A stretch of DNA of 64,000 bases from an uncultured Gemella sp. Lineage in GTDB: Bacteria; Bacillota; Bacilli; Staphylococcales; Gemellaceae. Under the pieces are notes generated by a model that was not told the origin of the DNA, did no database searches, and saw nothing but the letters and a program-made list of their open reading frames with translations. Location of the stretch: positions 2,227 through 66,226 of the forward strand of contig NZ_CAUTDQ010000004.1 in assembly GCF_963537375.1 (NCBI RefSeq). Direction: 5' to 3'. A program made the position numbers and the translations under genes. Positions within the stretch are counted from its first letter, which is position 1. Each line of letters starts with the position of its first letter. Positions 41,469 through 51,150 of this stretch are shown piece by piece.

Positions 41469-43211
41469 CTATTTCTCCTCCTCTAGTAATTGTTCAACAA
41501 GTTGATGAGTATAGTAAATATCTCCATCATATTTTAGTAAGCTACTAATTTTGTCTGAATTATGATACTTACTTGCAATTACCGTACGCAATTGTTTATT
41601 GTGGTTATGTTCAACAATATAAATTTTTCTATATTTATCAAATGTATCACGAACAGCTTGAGCAACTGGATAAATTTGACGAATATGCATTGTATCAATT
41701 TTCAATCCTTGTTCTTTTAGTTGCTTAGCCGCTTTATTTAATACTCCATAAGTTGAGTTAACACCCACTAATAAAATATCTTTTTCATCATTGTATTCAT
41801 TTAATACAAATGGTCTTTCAACTAAAGCTGATTCAATCTTGTTAGCACGTTTTTCTTTTTGACGTTTTGTATTACGTTTCACCTCTGAAGGTAGTCCAAC
41901 TACTGAGTGTTCATAACTGTTCGCATTATGAATTCCACCTTTTTGACCAGGGATAGTTCTATTTGAAACTAATACATCAGTTGCATAACGTTTGAAATAG
42001 ATAATATCTTCTTCTGTAATTTCTTCTTGTTTTAATAAGTTACCACGATCGATTTGAACTTTACTAAAGTCGAAGTTAGGAACTGTTTCTTTGTTCATAC
42101 CTAATTGTAAATCCATTAAAACAATAACTGGTGTTTGATATTTTTCCGCCATGTTGAATGCATCTATCATAGTGTAGAAACAGTCTTCTACAGATGTAGG
42201 AGCTAGTACGATACGAGAAGCATCTCCAGTTCCACCATAGACAGCATGGAAGATATCAGATTGTTCTGTTTTTGTTGGAAGCCCTGAAGAAGGCCCCCCT
42301 CTTTGAACATCTACAATAACAACTGGTTGTTCTGCCATAGCAGCCATACCTAAAAACTCAGTCATAAGTGAAATACCTGGTCCAGATGTAGCTGTCATAG
42401 CACGTACTCCTGCGAAGTTAGCTCCAATTGCAACACCTAATGCCGCAATTTCATCTTCAGTTTGAATATATGCTCCATTTACTAATGGAAGCTTTTCAAA
42501 TAAATATTCCATGATTTCTGTTGCTGGTGTAATAGGATATCCTGCATACATTCTACAACCTGCTGCTAAAGCACCAAGACCAGCTGCATGGTTACCGATT
42601 AACCACATATTTTTGTGAGTTGGATTTAATTTTTTAAGATAATACTTATCTTTAATACCATTTTCTTCCATAAACTCAGTCATGATTTCACGACCTTTAT
42701 CAAAGGCTTGAATATTAATATTTACGATTTCCTCACCTTTACTAGCAAATTTTGAATCAATCATATCATAGAATAATTTTGAATCAATATCTAATAATGC
42801 TGAACAAATCCCTAATGTAATTATGTTTTTGATAATCGGATTAGCAATTTCTTTCGCTAATTCTGTAATTGGAAATACCGCAACTAAACCTTTAATTTCT
42901 TCTGATATTTCAGGTTTAATTTTAGCATCCGCAATAATAATACTATTTTCATCTAATTCTGGAATATAGTTATCCAGTGTAGCTTGGTCGAAAGCTATAA
43001 GAATATCTGTCTTATAGTCAATTACATTTATTTTTTCTTCTGAAATACAAATTTTGCTGTTACTGTGACCACCCTTGATTCTACTTGAAAAGTCTCTTGT
43101 AGAATACATGTGGTATCCAAGTGTATTTACTACTGTAGAGAAAATTTCGGCTGTACTCTCAATACCTTCACCTTGTTCTCCACCAATTTTCCATCCTAAT
43201 TTATTAATCAT
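41469..43211 (-). CDS. 2-oxoacid:ferredoxin oxidoreductase alpha (gamma-alpha fusion) subunit
   Basis: GGEQGEGI, SRIKGGH, YPITPA, EDEIAA, QRGGPSSGLPTK. Confidence 0.93.
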   Translation of the reverse strand: MINKLGWKIGGEQGEGIESTAEIFSTVVNTLGYHMYSTRDFSSRIKGGHSNSKICISEEKINVIDYKTDILIAFDQATLDNYIPELDENSIIIADAKIKPEISEEIKGLVAVFPITELAKEIANPIIKNIITLGICSALLDIDSKLFYDMIDSKFASKGEEIVNINIQAFDKGREIMTEFMEENGIKDKYYLKKLNPTHKNMWLIGNHAAGLGALAAGCRMYAGYPITPATEIMEYLFEKLPLVNGAYIQTEDEIAALGVAIGANFAGVRAMTATSGPGISLMTEFLGMAAMAEQPVVIVDVQRGGPSSGLPTKTEQSDIFHAVYGGTGDASRIVLAPTSVEDCFYTMIDAFNMAEKYQTPVIVLMDLQLGMNKETVPNFDFSKVQIDRGNLLKQEEITEEDIIYFKRYATDVLVSNRTIPGQKGGIHNANSYEHSVVGLPSEVKRNTKRQKEKRANKIESALVERPFVLNEYNDEKDILLVGVNSTYGVLNKAAKQLKEQGLKIDTMHIRQIYPVAQAVRDTFDKYRKIYIVEHNHNKQLRTVIASKYHNSDKISSLLKYDGDIYYTHQLVEQLLEEEK

Positions 43212-43550
43212 ATAATCTCCTTTAATCTCTTTCATTAGAAATTTACTCGTTGATTTCTCAATACTTTATTCTATCATATTTAAGAAAATTTTTCCATCTA
43301 ATAATATCTATTATCACTATGAAAAAACTAATAAAAATATTATTATTTCATTATTTTTTATTATTTTTTAACTGAACTTCATTTTTTAAAAATTTGTATA
43401 ATATTTAGGAACAAATAAGTCTTTTAATGTTTATTGTTTTTGAATAATTCATTAACTACTTTTTATAATAATTATCCCTTTATATTTTTTCTCTAACAAC
43501 TTCAAAATTAACTAAAATAATAAAATCCTACAATACAAATATTACACAAA

Positions 43551-43843
43551 GAAAAAGCCCCTGTAGAAGTTATTCACTTCTACAAGGACGTATCTATTGA
43601 CGTGTTACCACCTTGATTTATAGTATTCTCACAAATACTAACTTATAAAGTACTAAAACAAAATTTAAATCTTATTTTTATACCATTAGCTATATCGGGC
43701 TATCCCGTAGCAGTTTAATTATTCAACTACTAACACGAAAAGACCATCTTCATAGTATCATCCTTGATCTCTTTTCACCTACCGAGACTCTCTAAGCAAA
43801 CATCAACTACTACTCTTCTTTTCAAAGTGTAATTTTTTATTGT
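43551..43843 (-). ncRNA. T-box riboswitch, Met (AUG) specifier
   Basis: AGUA, AGAGA and GGUGAAA stem I motifs; specifier loop GAAG-AUG-G (43747-43745); T-box AAGG-UGGUAAC-ACG...CGU-CCUU (43614-43584); terminator GUCCUUGUAGAAGU/ACUUCUACAGGGGC+U5. Confidence 0.92.
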
Positions 43844-43849
43844 GTTTTA

Positions 43850-43878
43850 AGTATATCAAGTTAAGAAATCCTTGTCAA
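43850..43878 (-). promoter_or_regulatory. sigmaA promoter of the T-box leader
   Basis: TTGACA(43878-43873)-17 bp-TATACT(43855-43850). Confidence 0.85.
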
Positions 43879-43998
43879 TATTTTTTTACCATACAATTTT
43901 AACTATTATTATAGACATATACAATAGAACTTCAAAAATTAAAGAGTACAGAAAATGCCCATACTCTTTAAATTTTTTTTATAATCTAATTAACTCAA

Positions 43999-46137
43999 TT
44001 ATTCAGAAAGTTTACGTCTAACGGCAGCTCCAACTAAAGCAATTAAGCTTAATCCTAATGCAGTTGTGCTAGTTGAGTTCATACCAGTGTTAGGTAGTTT
44101 ATTTTCTTTAATATTTTCTACAACTTGTTTGTTAGTTGCATTAGTTGGTAATTTAACATCAGTTGCTTTAGATTCTGATTTAGCTTCTTCACTTTTGTTT
44201 TCAACATTTTCATCTTTACGTTGTTTACTATTACCGTTTTGTTCTACTTTCCCTGAAGTTACTTCTTCTTTAGTTGATTGTTCTCCTTGATCAGCTCCTG
44301 AACCTACATTTCCAGTATATGAATTATCTTCTTTAGGTTGTTCTGCTTTTTCCTCTTCAAATTTGTAAGTTTTTGAATCTACAGAGATTGTACGCGAATT
44401 TGGATTTACTACAGCATATTTAGTTAAATCTGCTTTTTCTAAATAATTTTTGAATGCTTCATCCATAGATGGTCCTTCTTCACGTGCTCCACCTAGCATA
44501 GTATATCCATCTCCACCTGCTGCTAAGAAATCATTTGTAGTTAAGTAGTATGTTTTAGCTAAATCTAATTTATCGTAGGCACCTGTATCGTGATTTTTAA
44601 CTTCTACACGTAATACACGTTTACCTGAAGGTAAGTTTGTATCGTAGTATACTTTAGCTCCTGATACGTGTAAGAAACCTCCACTTGGTTCTAATAACGG
44701 TTGTCCATTTTCATCTAAAACAGTTTTACCAGCTTTGTCAACTTGTAAAATAGATCCTAAAGATTTTTCAAACATAGCTAATACGTCTTTACCAGTAACA
44801 CTAATTTGAGAAATTGTATTACCGAATGGAAGAACTGCAATTACGCTACCCTTTGTAATAGGTTTATCTTTAGCGATAGTTTCACGTAAACCACCACCAT
44901 TTGTTACTGCGATATCCGCTTTATTTTTAAATCCTGTTTGACCATACTCATAAAGTGAATCAGCTACTACGTTTCCTAAGTTAGTTTCACGGACACGAAC
45001 ATTTTCTCGAGTACCACTTAATTCAACTGGACTGTTTTTCACTACTACAACAGCATTTTCTGCATCGTATTTCGCTTTAATTTTATCAACTAATTCTTTA
45101 ACTTCAGCATTTGGAGTCACATTAGTAGTTTCTGAAGCTTTAATTAGACTTGGAGTTCCTAATAAACTATTTGGTTTTAATGTAACTTTACCAATGTTGT
45201 TTAAGTAACTTCCTGTTTGGTTATAAGTAACGTTGTCTCCATATGTTTTCGATTCAACAGTATGAGAGTGTCCATCGATTACTACTACACGTTTTCCTTT
45301 AAGTAAAGGACTTTTTGATAGTTCATCAGCAAGAGTAGAACCTCTCCATTCTTTTGGAGTTGTTGTATCTACTCCAAGGTGAGCTAAAACAACATACGTT
45401 TTATAATCATCACCAGTAACTTTTGCTTTTGCTTGGATTTCTTTAACAACATTTAAAACTTCTGGAATAGGATCTTTAAATGTTACACCTTGTACATTTT
45501 TAGGGTGTGTTTTTGTGGCAGTTTCTGGTGTTGTTACCCCAATAACAACAACTTCATCACCTTTAACTGTTTTGTCTTTATCAACAATTGTTGAAGCTTC
45601 GAATAAACGTGCTCCATTTACGTATGTATTCGAGCTTAACAGTGGGAATTTTAAGATTTGTTTATACTTCTTAGCTTCATCTAAACCAAAGTCAAATTCG
45701 TGGTTACCTACAGCCATAGCGTCGTAATTCATTTTATTTAAAATTTCCGCACGAGCTTCTCCTTTAGTTGAGTTAGAGATTGGTAAACCTTGGAAAGCAT
45801 CCCCTGCATCTACCACTACTGTTGTTTGATCTTTTTTAGCACGTTCATTTTCAATTACTGTAGCTAATTTTGCATCCCCAACAACTGATGTAGTTTTATC
45901 TCGACCTTTTTCTTCTACGATACGCCCGTGAACATCATTAGTATGAACTAATACTAAATCTTTTTCTGGCGCTGTTGCAGAAGCAGGAGCTGGTGCTACT
46001 GGCGGTGTCTGTGTAGTTGTTGTTGGCGATGGAGTTGTAGTTGTATCCTCTGAATTAGCTAATGCAGCTCCCCCTGAAGTTGCAATTGCTAATCCTACTA
46101 TTGTAACTGACGCTAATGTGTAATTTTTTTTCTTCAT
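43999..46137 (-). CDS. cell-wall-anchored 5'-nucleotidase (AdsA/Nt5e-like)
   Basis: Signal peptide, HTNDVHG, DAGD, GNHEFD, GHSH, NGGGLR, LPNTG + TM + RRK. Confidence 0.93.
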   Translation of the reverse strand: MKKKNYTLASVTIVGLAIATSGGAALANSEDTTTTPSPTTTTQTPPVAPAPASATAPEKDLVLVHTNDVHGRIVEEKGRDKTTSVVGDAKLATVIENERAKKDQTTVVVDAGDAFQGLPISNSTKGEARAEILNKMNYDAMAVGNHEFDFGLDEAKKYKQILKFPLLSSNTYVNGARLFEASTIVDKDKTVKGDEVVVIGVTTPETATKTHPKNVQGVTFKDPIPEVLNVVKEIQAKAKVTGDDYKTYVVLAHLGVDTTTPKEWRGSTLADELSKSPLLKGKRVVVIDGHSHTVESKTYGDNVTYNQTGSYLNNIGKVTLKPNSLLGTPSLIKASETTNVTPNAEVKELVDKIKAKYDAENAVVVVKNSPVELSGTRENVRVRETNLGNVVADSLYEYGQTGFKNKADIAVTNGGGLRETIAKDKPITKGSVIAVLPFGNTISQISVTGKDVLAMFEKSLGSILQVDKAGKTVLDENGQPLLEPSGGFLHVSGAKVYYDTNLPSGKRVLRVEVKNHDTGAYDKLDLAKTYYLTTNDFLAAGGDGYTMLGGAREEGPSMDEAFKNYLEKADLTKYAVVNPNSRTISVDSKTYKFEEEKAEQPKEDNSYTGNVGSGADQGEQSTKEEVTSGKVEQNGNSKQRKDENVENKSEEAKSESKATDVKLPTNATNKQVVENIKENKLPNTGMNSTSTTALGLSLIALVGAAVRRKLSE

Positions 46138-46332
46138 AATAACTTTTTTTCTCACTTTCATATTTGTAATTTATAATTTACATAATATCATAAATGTACG
46201 AGTTTTTCAATACTAAAATCTATAAGAAATAATGATAACGATTAAAAAACGGATTTTTCGAAATGAAAACTTTAGAATAAAATTAAAAATCAAGATTAGA
46301 TTCTTCTAACCTTGATTTTTATTTATTCTTTG

Positions 46333-47106
46333 TTATTTAAACATATTTGCTAAAATTCTATCACTTAACCTTGGAAATAGCTGACTAATTTTAACACCTA
46401 AAACTAATTTAAATGGTAAATCTACCTCGCGTTTTTTAGTTTCAATTCCTTTTATAATCTTCGTAACAACAAATTTAGGTGTTAATGTTTTACCACCCAT
46501 TGCTTTTTGATAGCTCTTATCTTCGTCAGCTATGTTAAAGAAATTAGTTGCTACAGGCCCTGGATTTACAGTCATAACATGAACATTATCTTTTTTTAGT
46601 TCTAAACGTAAAGAATTGAAGTATCCAATTAAAGCAAATTTAGTAGCCGAATAAACAGAACTCTTCGGTGTGGCGATTTTACCAGCTAATGAAGCGATAG
46701 TAACTATTGTTCCAGATTTTTTTTCTCTCATTCTCTTAGCTATTTCAGTAGTTAATTGAATAGTTCCGATTACATTTGTATCAAACATATTGACTACTTC
46801 AGCATCACTAAATTCACTGAAGTCTTTCATAAGTCCATATCCCGCACCATTGATGAGAATATCAATGTCGCTAACAGAAGAAAGTAAATTATCTACTTGT
46901 TCTTGAGAACCAATATCAACACTAAAAACTCTAGTTTTAACATTTTCAAACGAACTACATTTTTTAGCAACTTTTTCTAATGCTTCTTTTCTTCGGGCAG
47001 CCAATATTAACTCAACATTCCCTTTTTGAGCAAATTGATGAGCTAGTTCACGACCAAGACCACTTGAAGCTCCAGTAATTAGTATTTTTTGTTTACCAGT
47101 TTCCAT
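46333..47106 (-). CDS. SDR family oxidoreductase (YqjQ-like)
   Basis: TGASSGLG, NGAG, YSATK. Confidence 0.9.
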   Translation of the reverse strand: METGKQKILITGASSGLGRELAHQFAQKGNVELILAARRKEALEKVAKKCSSFENVKTRVFSVDIGSQEQVDNLLSSVSDIDILINGAGYGLMKDFSEFSDAEVVNMFDTNVIGTIQLTTEIAKRMREKKSGTIVTIASLAGKIATPKSSVYSATKFALIGYFNSLRLELKKDNVHVMTVNPGPVATNFFNIADEDKSYQKAMGGKTLTPKFVVTKIIKGIETKKREVDLPFKLVLGVKISQLFPRLSDRILANMFK

Positions 47107-47120
47107 TTTATATCCCTCGT

Positions 47121-47561
47121 CTATCCATGTTTTGCAGCACAACTACATTGCCCTTTTAGACATTTGCATGTAATAACATCAGCTGCAGTTTTTCTTTTTT
47201 CTTTAAGTAATTCTATAATTTCATCAATATTACTTTTACTCAAATTATCTGTCTCAATTATATTCTTAACAATAATATGTGTCCTTCTCTCACAAATTCT
47301 TTCTAAAAAGTTTTGTGTTAATATATCTAAACATTCATCTTCTACACATTTTGCTGAATATAAAAATTTATTCCCTTGTTTTCTTGTTTCTAAAAACCCT
47401 TTTTCTACTAACCTTGAAAGTAAAGTTTTAATAGTTGAAGGAGTCCAAGACTTTTCTTCACCTAGAGTATCTATTACAAATTTACTTGTAGTTTCTTTAT
47501 TGCTCCAGACTACTCGCATTACTTCCCATTCAGCTTCTGAAATATTAATATCCATTTCCAT
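47121..47561 (-). CDS. copY: CopY/TcrY copper-responsive repressor
   Basis: ISEAEWEVMRVVW BlaI-type wHTH plus C-terminal CKCLKGQCSC (CxCx4CxC). Confidence 0.9.
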   Translation of the reverse strand: MEMDINISEAEWEVMRVVWSNKETTSKFVIDTLGEEKSWTPSTIKTLLSRLVEKGFLETRKQGNKFLYSAKCVEDECLDILTQNFLERICERRTHIIVKNIIETDNLSKSNIDEIIELLKEKRKTAADVITCKCLKGQCSCAAKHG

Positions 47562-47577
47562 TCATCCTTTTTTTCTC

Positions 47578-47593
47578 AGTTACATCTGTAACT
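47578..47593. promoter_or_regulatory. cop box (TACAnnTGTA)
   Basis: AGTTACA-TC-TGTAACT palindrome just downstream of TTGACA(47622)-17-TATTAT(47599). Confidence 0.85.
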
Positions 47594-47661
47594 ATAATAC
47601 TATGTTAAACATATAATGTCAATTCATAAAAAACTTGATTCTAGCAATACTAAAATCAAGT

Positions 47662-48297
47662 TTAAAATTTTTTCTTAATTGGATGTCTTATTACTGTTTT
47701 AAGTTTCTCCGATGCTGTTTTCCTCACATCTGAAATATAAATTTCATGATGATATCTGGTCTCATTTATATCTAATTCATATCCTTCAGAAATCATATAT
47801 TCATGCATCTTAGCAACAGTCTCCGGCTCTGAATCATATGGGCCTATATGCATGCATTGCACACATTGTCCTTCATCATAAGTGAAATATTCAACTGATG
47901 AAAAATCTTCTTTTTTCTTTTCTATCACCTGCTCAATCGCCCAATCAAATACTTCTTTGGTAACAAAATCTGGCATTCTTATTAATGAAATAAATTTAAA
48001 ATTTTGTTTATTAGCATAATCAACACCTTCTATTCCGTCTTGCCACCAAAAACCTTCTAATGGTGGAACAACAAAATCAAAATAACCTGGAATTTTATAA
48101 TCTCCTTTTTTACTCATCTTTATCGCATAAGCTACAGGATATAATAAACTGATTGATTTTTTATATTCACTATTTTCATCATTAGGATCACCAGCTCCCT
48201 TAACAGCTATATAATTAGCCTTATCTACATTTACAATACTTGGTTTAGTTTTAGGTGCATATAAATGCTTAAGAGTTTTTTTGAAATCTACTGCCAT
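47662..48297 (-). CDS. GyrI-like small-molecule-binding domain protein
   Basis: G.GDPN, VVPPLEGFWW, HIGPYDSE, HHEIYISD.RK. Confidence 0.82.
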   Translation of the reverse strand: MAVDFKKTLKHLYAPKTKPSIVNVDKANYIAVKGAGDPNDENSEYKKSISLLYPVAYAIKMSKKGDYKIPGYFDFVVPPLEGFWWQDGIEGVDYANKQNFKFISLIRMPDFVTKEVFDWAIEQVIEKKKEDFSSVEYFTYDEGQCVQCMHIGPYDSEPETVAKMHEYMISEGYELDINETRYHHEIYISDVRKTASEKLKTVIRHPIKKKF

Positions 48298-48298
48298 T

Positions 48299-49018
48299 TT
48301 ATTTCTCCAAAATAAAGATTATTCGATCTGATTCAGAATAATTTTTATTATTCTTATCAAGATCACAGAAATAATCTTTCACTTTAAATCCAATATTTTG
48401 AATTTCTTCAAGGACATTATTTACTTCATAAGTTCTTTGTGAATGAAACTGTTCAAGCTTTCTATATAAACCATTCTTTTCTTTAATAAAGAATGACAGC
48501 TCACTTTCCACCTCTAACGAATTTTCTGTTTCATATGTAAACCATAGATAACTTATTTCTTCATCTTCATATCCGAAAACTTGTTTTTCCAGCATATCAA
48601 TAATTTTTTTAGGTGTGTGAATATCAAAAATAAATTTCCCACCTTCTTTTAGAGACGAATATACTTCTTTTAATCCTAATTTAAATTCCTCAAAATCTGA
48701 TAAATAATTAAATACATCGAATGCACTTAAAACAAAATCAAATTCTATATTTAACGATGAGATTTCTAATAGATCCATCGCAAAATAATTACAACCTGGA
48801 ACTTTTTCACTCGCTATCGCTAGCATTTGTTCACTATTATCTACTGCGAATACTTCTCCGTATTTTTTTAGTGTTGGTAGCATCGTTCCACTACCGCAAC
48901 CTAAATCAAGAACTAGAAGATTTCTTCTATCTTCTAATTCTTGATTAATAATATTTCTATAAGCATCGTAGTCGACATCCATTAGTTTATCATAAACAAT
49001 ACTTAAATTCTCATACAT
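48299..49018 (-). CDS. yqeM: class I SAM-dependent methyltransferase (YqeM-like)
   Basis: YD.LM, VLDLGCGSG, D.S..ML; operon position. Confidence 0.85.
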   Translation of the reverse strand: MYENLSIVYDKLMDVDYDAYRNIINQELEDRRNLLVLDLGCGSGTMLPTLKKYGEVFAVDNSEQMLAIASEKVPGCNYFAMDLLEISSLNIEFDFVLSAFDVFNYLSDFEEFKLGLKEVYSSLKEGGKFIFDIHTPKKIIDMLEKQVFGYEDEEISYLWFTYETENSLEVESELSFFIKEKNGLYRKLEQFHSQRTYEVNNVLEEIQNIGFKVKDYFCDLDKNNKNYSESDRIIFILEK

Positions 49019-49019
49019 A

Positions 49020-49358
49020 TTAAACACCTTTTATAGGGTATTTTTCAAATAATGAATCTAATTCATAGTATTCTCTATCATCGCGTGTCATAATGTTAAC
49101 TACAACATCACCTAAGTCCATAAGAACCCATTTAGCTTCTCTTAAACCTTCTGTGCTGTGAATTTCTCCACCATTTTCTAATACTTGTTCTCTAACTTCT
49201 TGTGCAATTGCTTCTACTTGTCTATTTGTAGGTGCATGACAGATTACAGAATAATCATATAATACTCCTGCTTGTGTTAAATCATAAGCAACAATATCAT
49301 ATCCGTGCTTATCGTCACATGCATCTACAACAATTTTTAATAAGTTTTCTACTTCCAT
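49020..49358 (-). CDS. rsfS: ribosome silencing factor
   Basis: DK...DI, RQVEAIA, WVLMDLGDVVV, REYYELD.L. Confidence 0.93.
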   Translation of the reverse strand: MEVENLLKIVVDACDDKHGYDIVAYDLTQAGVLYDYSVICHAPTNRQVEAIAQEVREQVLENGGEIHSTEGLREAKWVLMDLGDVVVNIMTRDDREYYELDSLFEKYPIKGV

Positions 49359-49377
49359 TTTCATCCTCTTTCTTTAT

Positions 49378-50247
49378 TTATTTCTTTATAATATGGAACA
49401 TTACTACGTATAGTACGTCATCTTCTGGATATCTTTTCGCAAGTTTTTCGATTAACTCATCCAAAGTAACTCCGTAATATTTAGCGTAACGCTCTGTTAA
49501 TGTTTCTCTAGTTACAGGTTTAACTAAATCAACTTCTAATGTAGCAAACACTGTATCTGGATCTTCATAAGTTGTAGCTTCTAATAAATCACCTTTCTTG
49601 AAATGAGCTTCACTCTTATTTCTGATAGTGATTGTTTTTTCATCTGTTAAGATTTTGTCTTTATTTTTTTCTTTAAATCCAACACGATAATTTTTAATAT
49701 TATAGTAGTTATAACATTCTAATAATGAAGGATAAATTCTTTCATCATTGTCAATTAAGTAAACTAATGTATATTTTGCCGCAAGTCTAACCGCTTCATC
49801 AAGATCATATTGAGATACTTCTGTCACTTCAGCTAAATGCGGATGTTTTCTTTGTGGATCAGTATAGTCAGCAATAAAGATTATTTTTTCTAGTAGCGTC
49901 ATGTGCTTTCTACCGAAAGTATGGTTTGCAACAGCAAGTTTAACTTCTTCATCTGCAACACCAAATTCTTCTTCAATAAATGCACTTGCTACCGGTCCAT
50001 GAAGAACTTCTACTGGATAATCTAATAAATTAACATCTAAATTATGTAAAATTACATATTTTTTCATTAATACTTCATCCATAGGTTTACAAACATCATG
50101 AACTAAAGCTGCTAATGCTGCTTTTTCCACATTTGCACCATGAATTTCTGCTAAATGTTTCGCCACTTCCACAACTCTTAAAGTGTGTTCGTATCTTTTT
50201 TCTGGTAATATTTCTTTTACTCTATTTTGAATTTCTTGATATTCCAT
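49378..50247 (-). CDS. yqeK: YqeK symmetrical Ap4A hydrolase (HD domain) with C-terminal ASCH/YqfB-like domain
   Basis: RYEH, LVHD, LHG, HT, IADY in aa 1-183; aa ~185-289 contain KTITIR.KSE.HFK.GD. Confidence 0.9.
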   Translation of the reverse strand: MEYQEIQNRVKEILPEKRYEHTLRVVEVAKHLAEIHGANVEKAALAALVHDVCKPMDEVLMKKYVILHNLDVNLLDYPVEVLHGPVASAFIEEEFGVADEEVKLAVANHTFGRKHMTLLEKIIFIADYTDPQRKHPHLAEVTEVSQYDLDEAVRLAAKYTLVYLIDNDERIYPSLLECYNYYNIKNYRVGFKEKNKDKILTDEKTITIRNKSEAHFKKGDLLEATTYEDPDTVFATLEVDLVKPVTRETLTERYAKYYGVTLDELIEKLAKRYPEDDVLYVVMFHIIKK

Positions 50248-50830
50248 ATAAACTCAACTCCTCTATATATGACCTACATTCATCGGTGATCATATATTTA
50301 ATACTTTTCTTATTTTTTAAATTATCTCTAATTAAACTAGAACTTATCTCTATTATTGGAGACCTCATTATCTCGTAACTTATAGATTTATAAAATACAT
50401 CTCCATTTACTACCTCATACAAATCCTCTTCGTTTCGTGCTACGAAAATAAATGTTACAAGTTTAGATAGTTCTTCTATATTATACCATCTTTTTAAATC
50501 TTTCGCTCTATCTGTTCCGATAATAAAATAGATTTTTTCATTTTTATATAGTTCACTAAAATACTTAACGGTATTATAACTATAACTTATCCCTTCATTT
50601 AAGATTTCATAATCACTAACTTCAAATTTTAAATTATCTTTTACACTCAGCTTAATCATCTCAAATCTATTCTTATCACTAGCTTCCAATTCTCGGCCTT
50701 TTAAGGGTGTAATATATGATGGTATAAAGATAATTTTTTCTAAATTATAAGTTTCTAGTGCATTTTCGGCTGTAATTAAATGTCCAATATGTATTGGATC
50801 AAAACTACCTCCATAAAGCGCAATTGACAT
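50222..50830 (-). CDS. nadD: nicotinate-nucleotide adenylyltransferase
   Basis: GGSFDPIHIGH, FIIGTD, ISSS.IR. Confidence 0.95.
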   Translation of the reverse strand: MSIALYGGSFDPIHIGHLITAENALETYNLEKIIFIPSYITPLKGRELEASDKNRFEMIKLSVKDNLKFEVSDYEILNEGISYSYNTVKYFSELYKNEKIYFIIGTDRAKDLKRWYNIEELSKLVTFIFVARNEEDLYEVVNGDVFYKSISYEIMRSPIIEISSSLIRDNLKNKKSIKYMITDECRSYIEELSLYGISRNSK

Positions 50831-50831
50831 C

Positions 50832-51131
50832 TTACTTCACCAACTCTATTTTTCTATACTTTTCCTTAGAGCTTTGTTTGTATAATACAATTGTGTGTCC
50901 AATCACTTGAACTAATTCAGATGAAGTACGTTCAGATAAAATTTTTGCTACCTCATCTTTATCTTCTTCACAGTTTTGTAAAATACTAACTTTTAATAAT
51001 TCACGTTTTTCTAACGCATCTCTGATTCCTTGGATCATATCACTATTCACACCTGATTTTCCAACTTGGAAAATCGGTGATAAATGATGTGCTAATGCTC
51101 TTAATTGTCTTTTTTGTTTTCCTTTTAACAT
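50832..51131 (-). CDS. yhbY: CRM-domain RNA-binding protein YhbY (YqeI)
   Basis: LRALAHHLSP..QVGKSG, ELLKV, IGH..VLY. Confidence 0.95.
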   Translation of the reverse strand: MLKGKQKRQLRALAHHLSPIFQVGKSGVNSDMIQGIRDALEKRELLKVSILQNCEEDKDEVAKILSERTSSELVQVIGHTIVLYKQSSKEKYRKIELVK

Positions 51132-51150
51132 CTTATCCTCTTTTCTTATA

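Noticed and set aside
43240..43550. Small ORF regulated by the T-box (MNYSKTINIKRLICS)
   Set aside because: 15 codons, no RBS, expected by chance in AT-rich DNA
46233..46246. cre-like TGATAACGATTAAA upstream of the nucleotidase
   Set aside because: Weak match in AT-rich sequence with an uninformative position
47089..47616. 175-aa plus-strand ORF and similar track ORFs (e.g. 26570-27148, 23886-24221, 11667-11978, 38150-38473, 54103-54411)
   Set aside because: Antisense to well-supported genes, with no RBS or recognisable motifs
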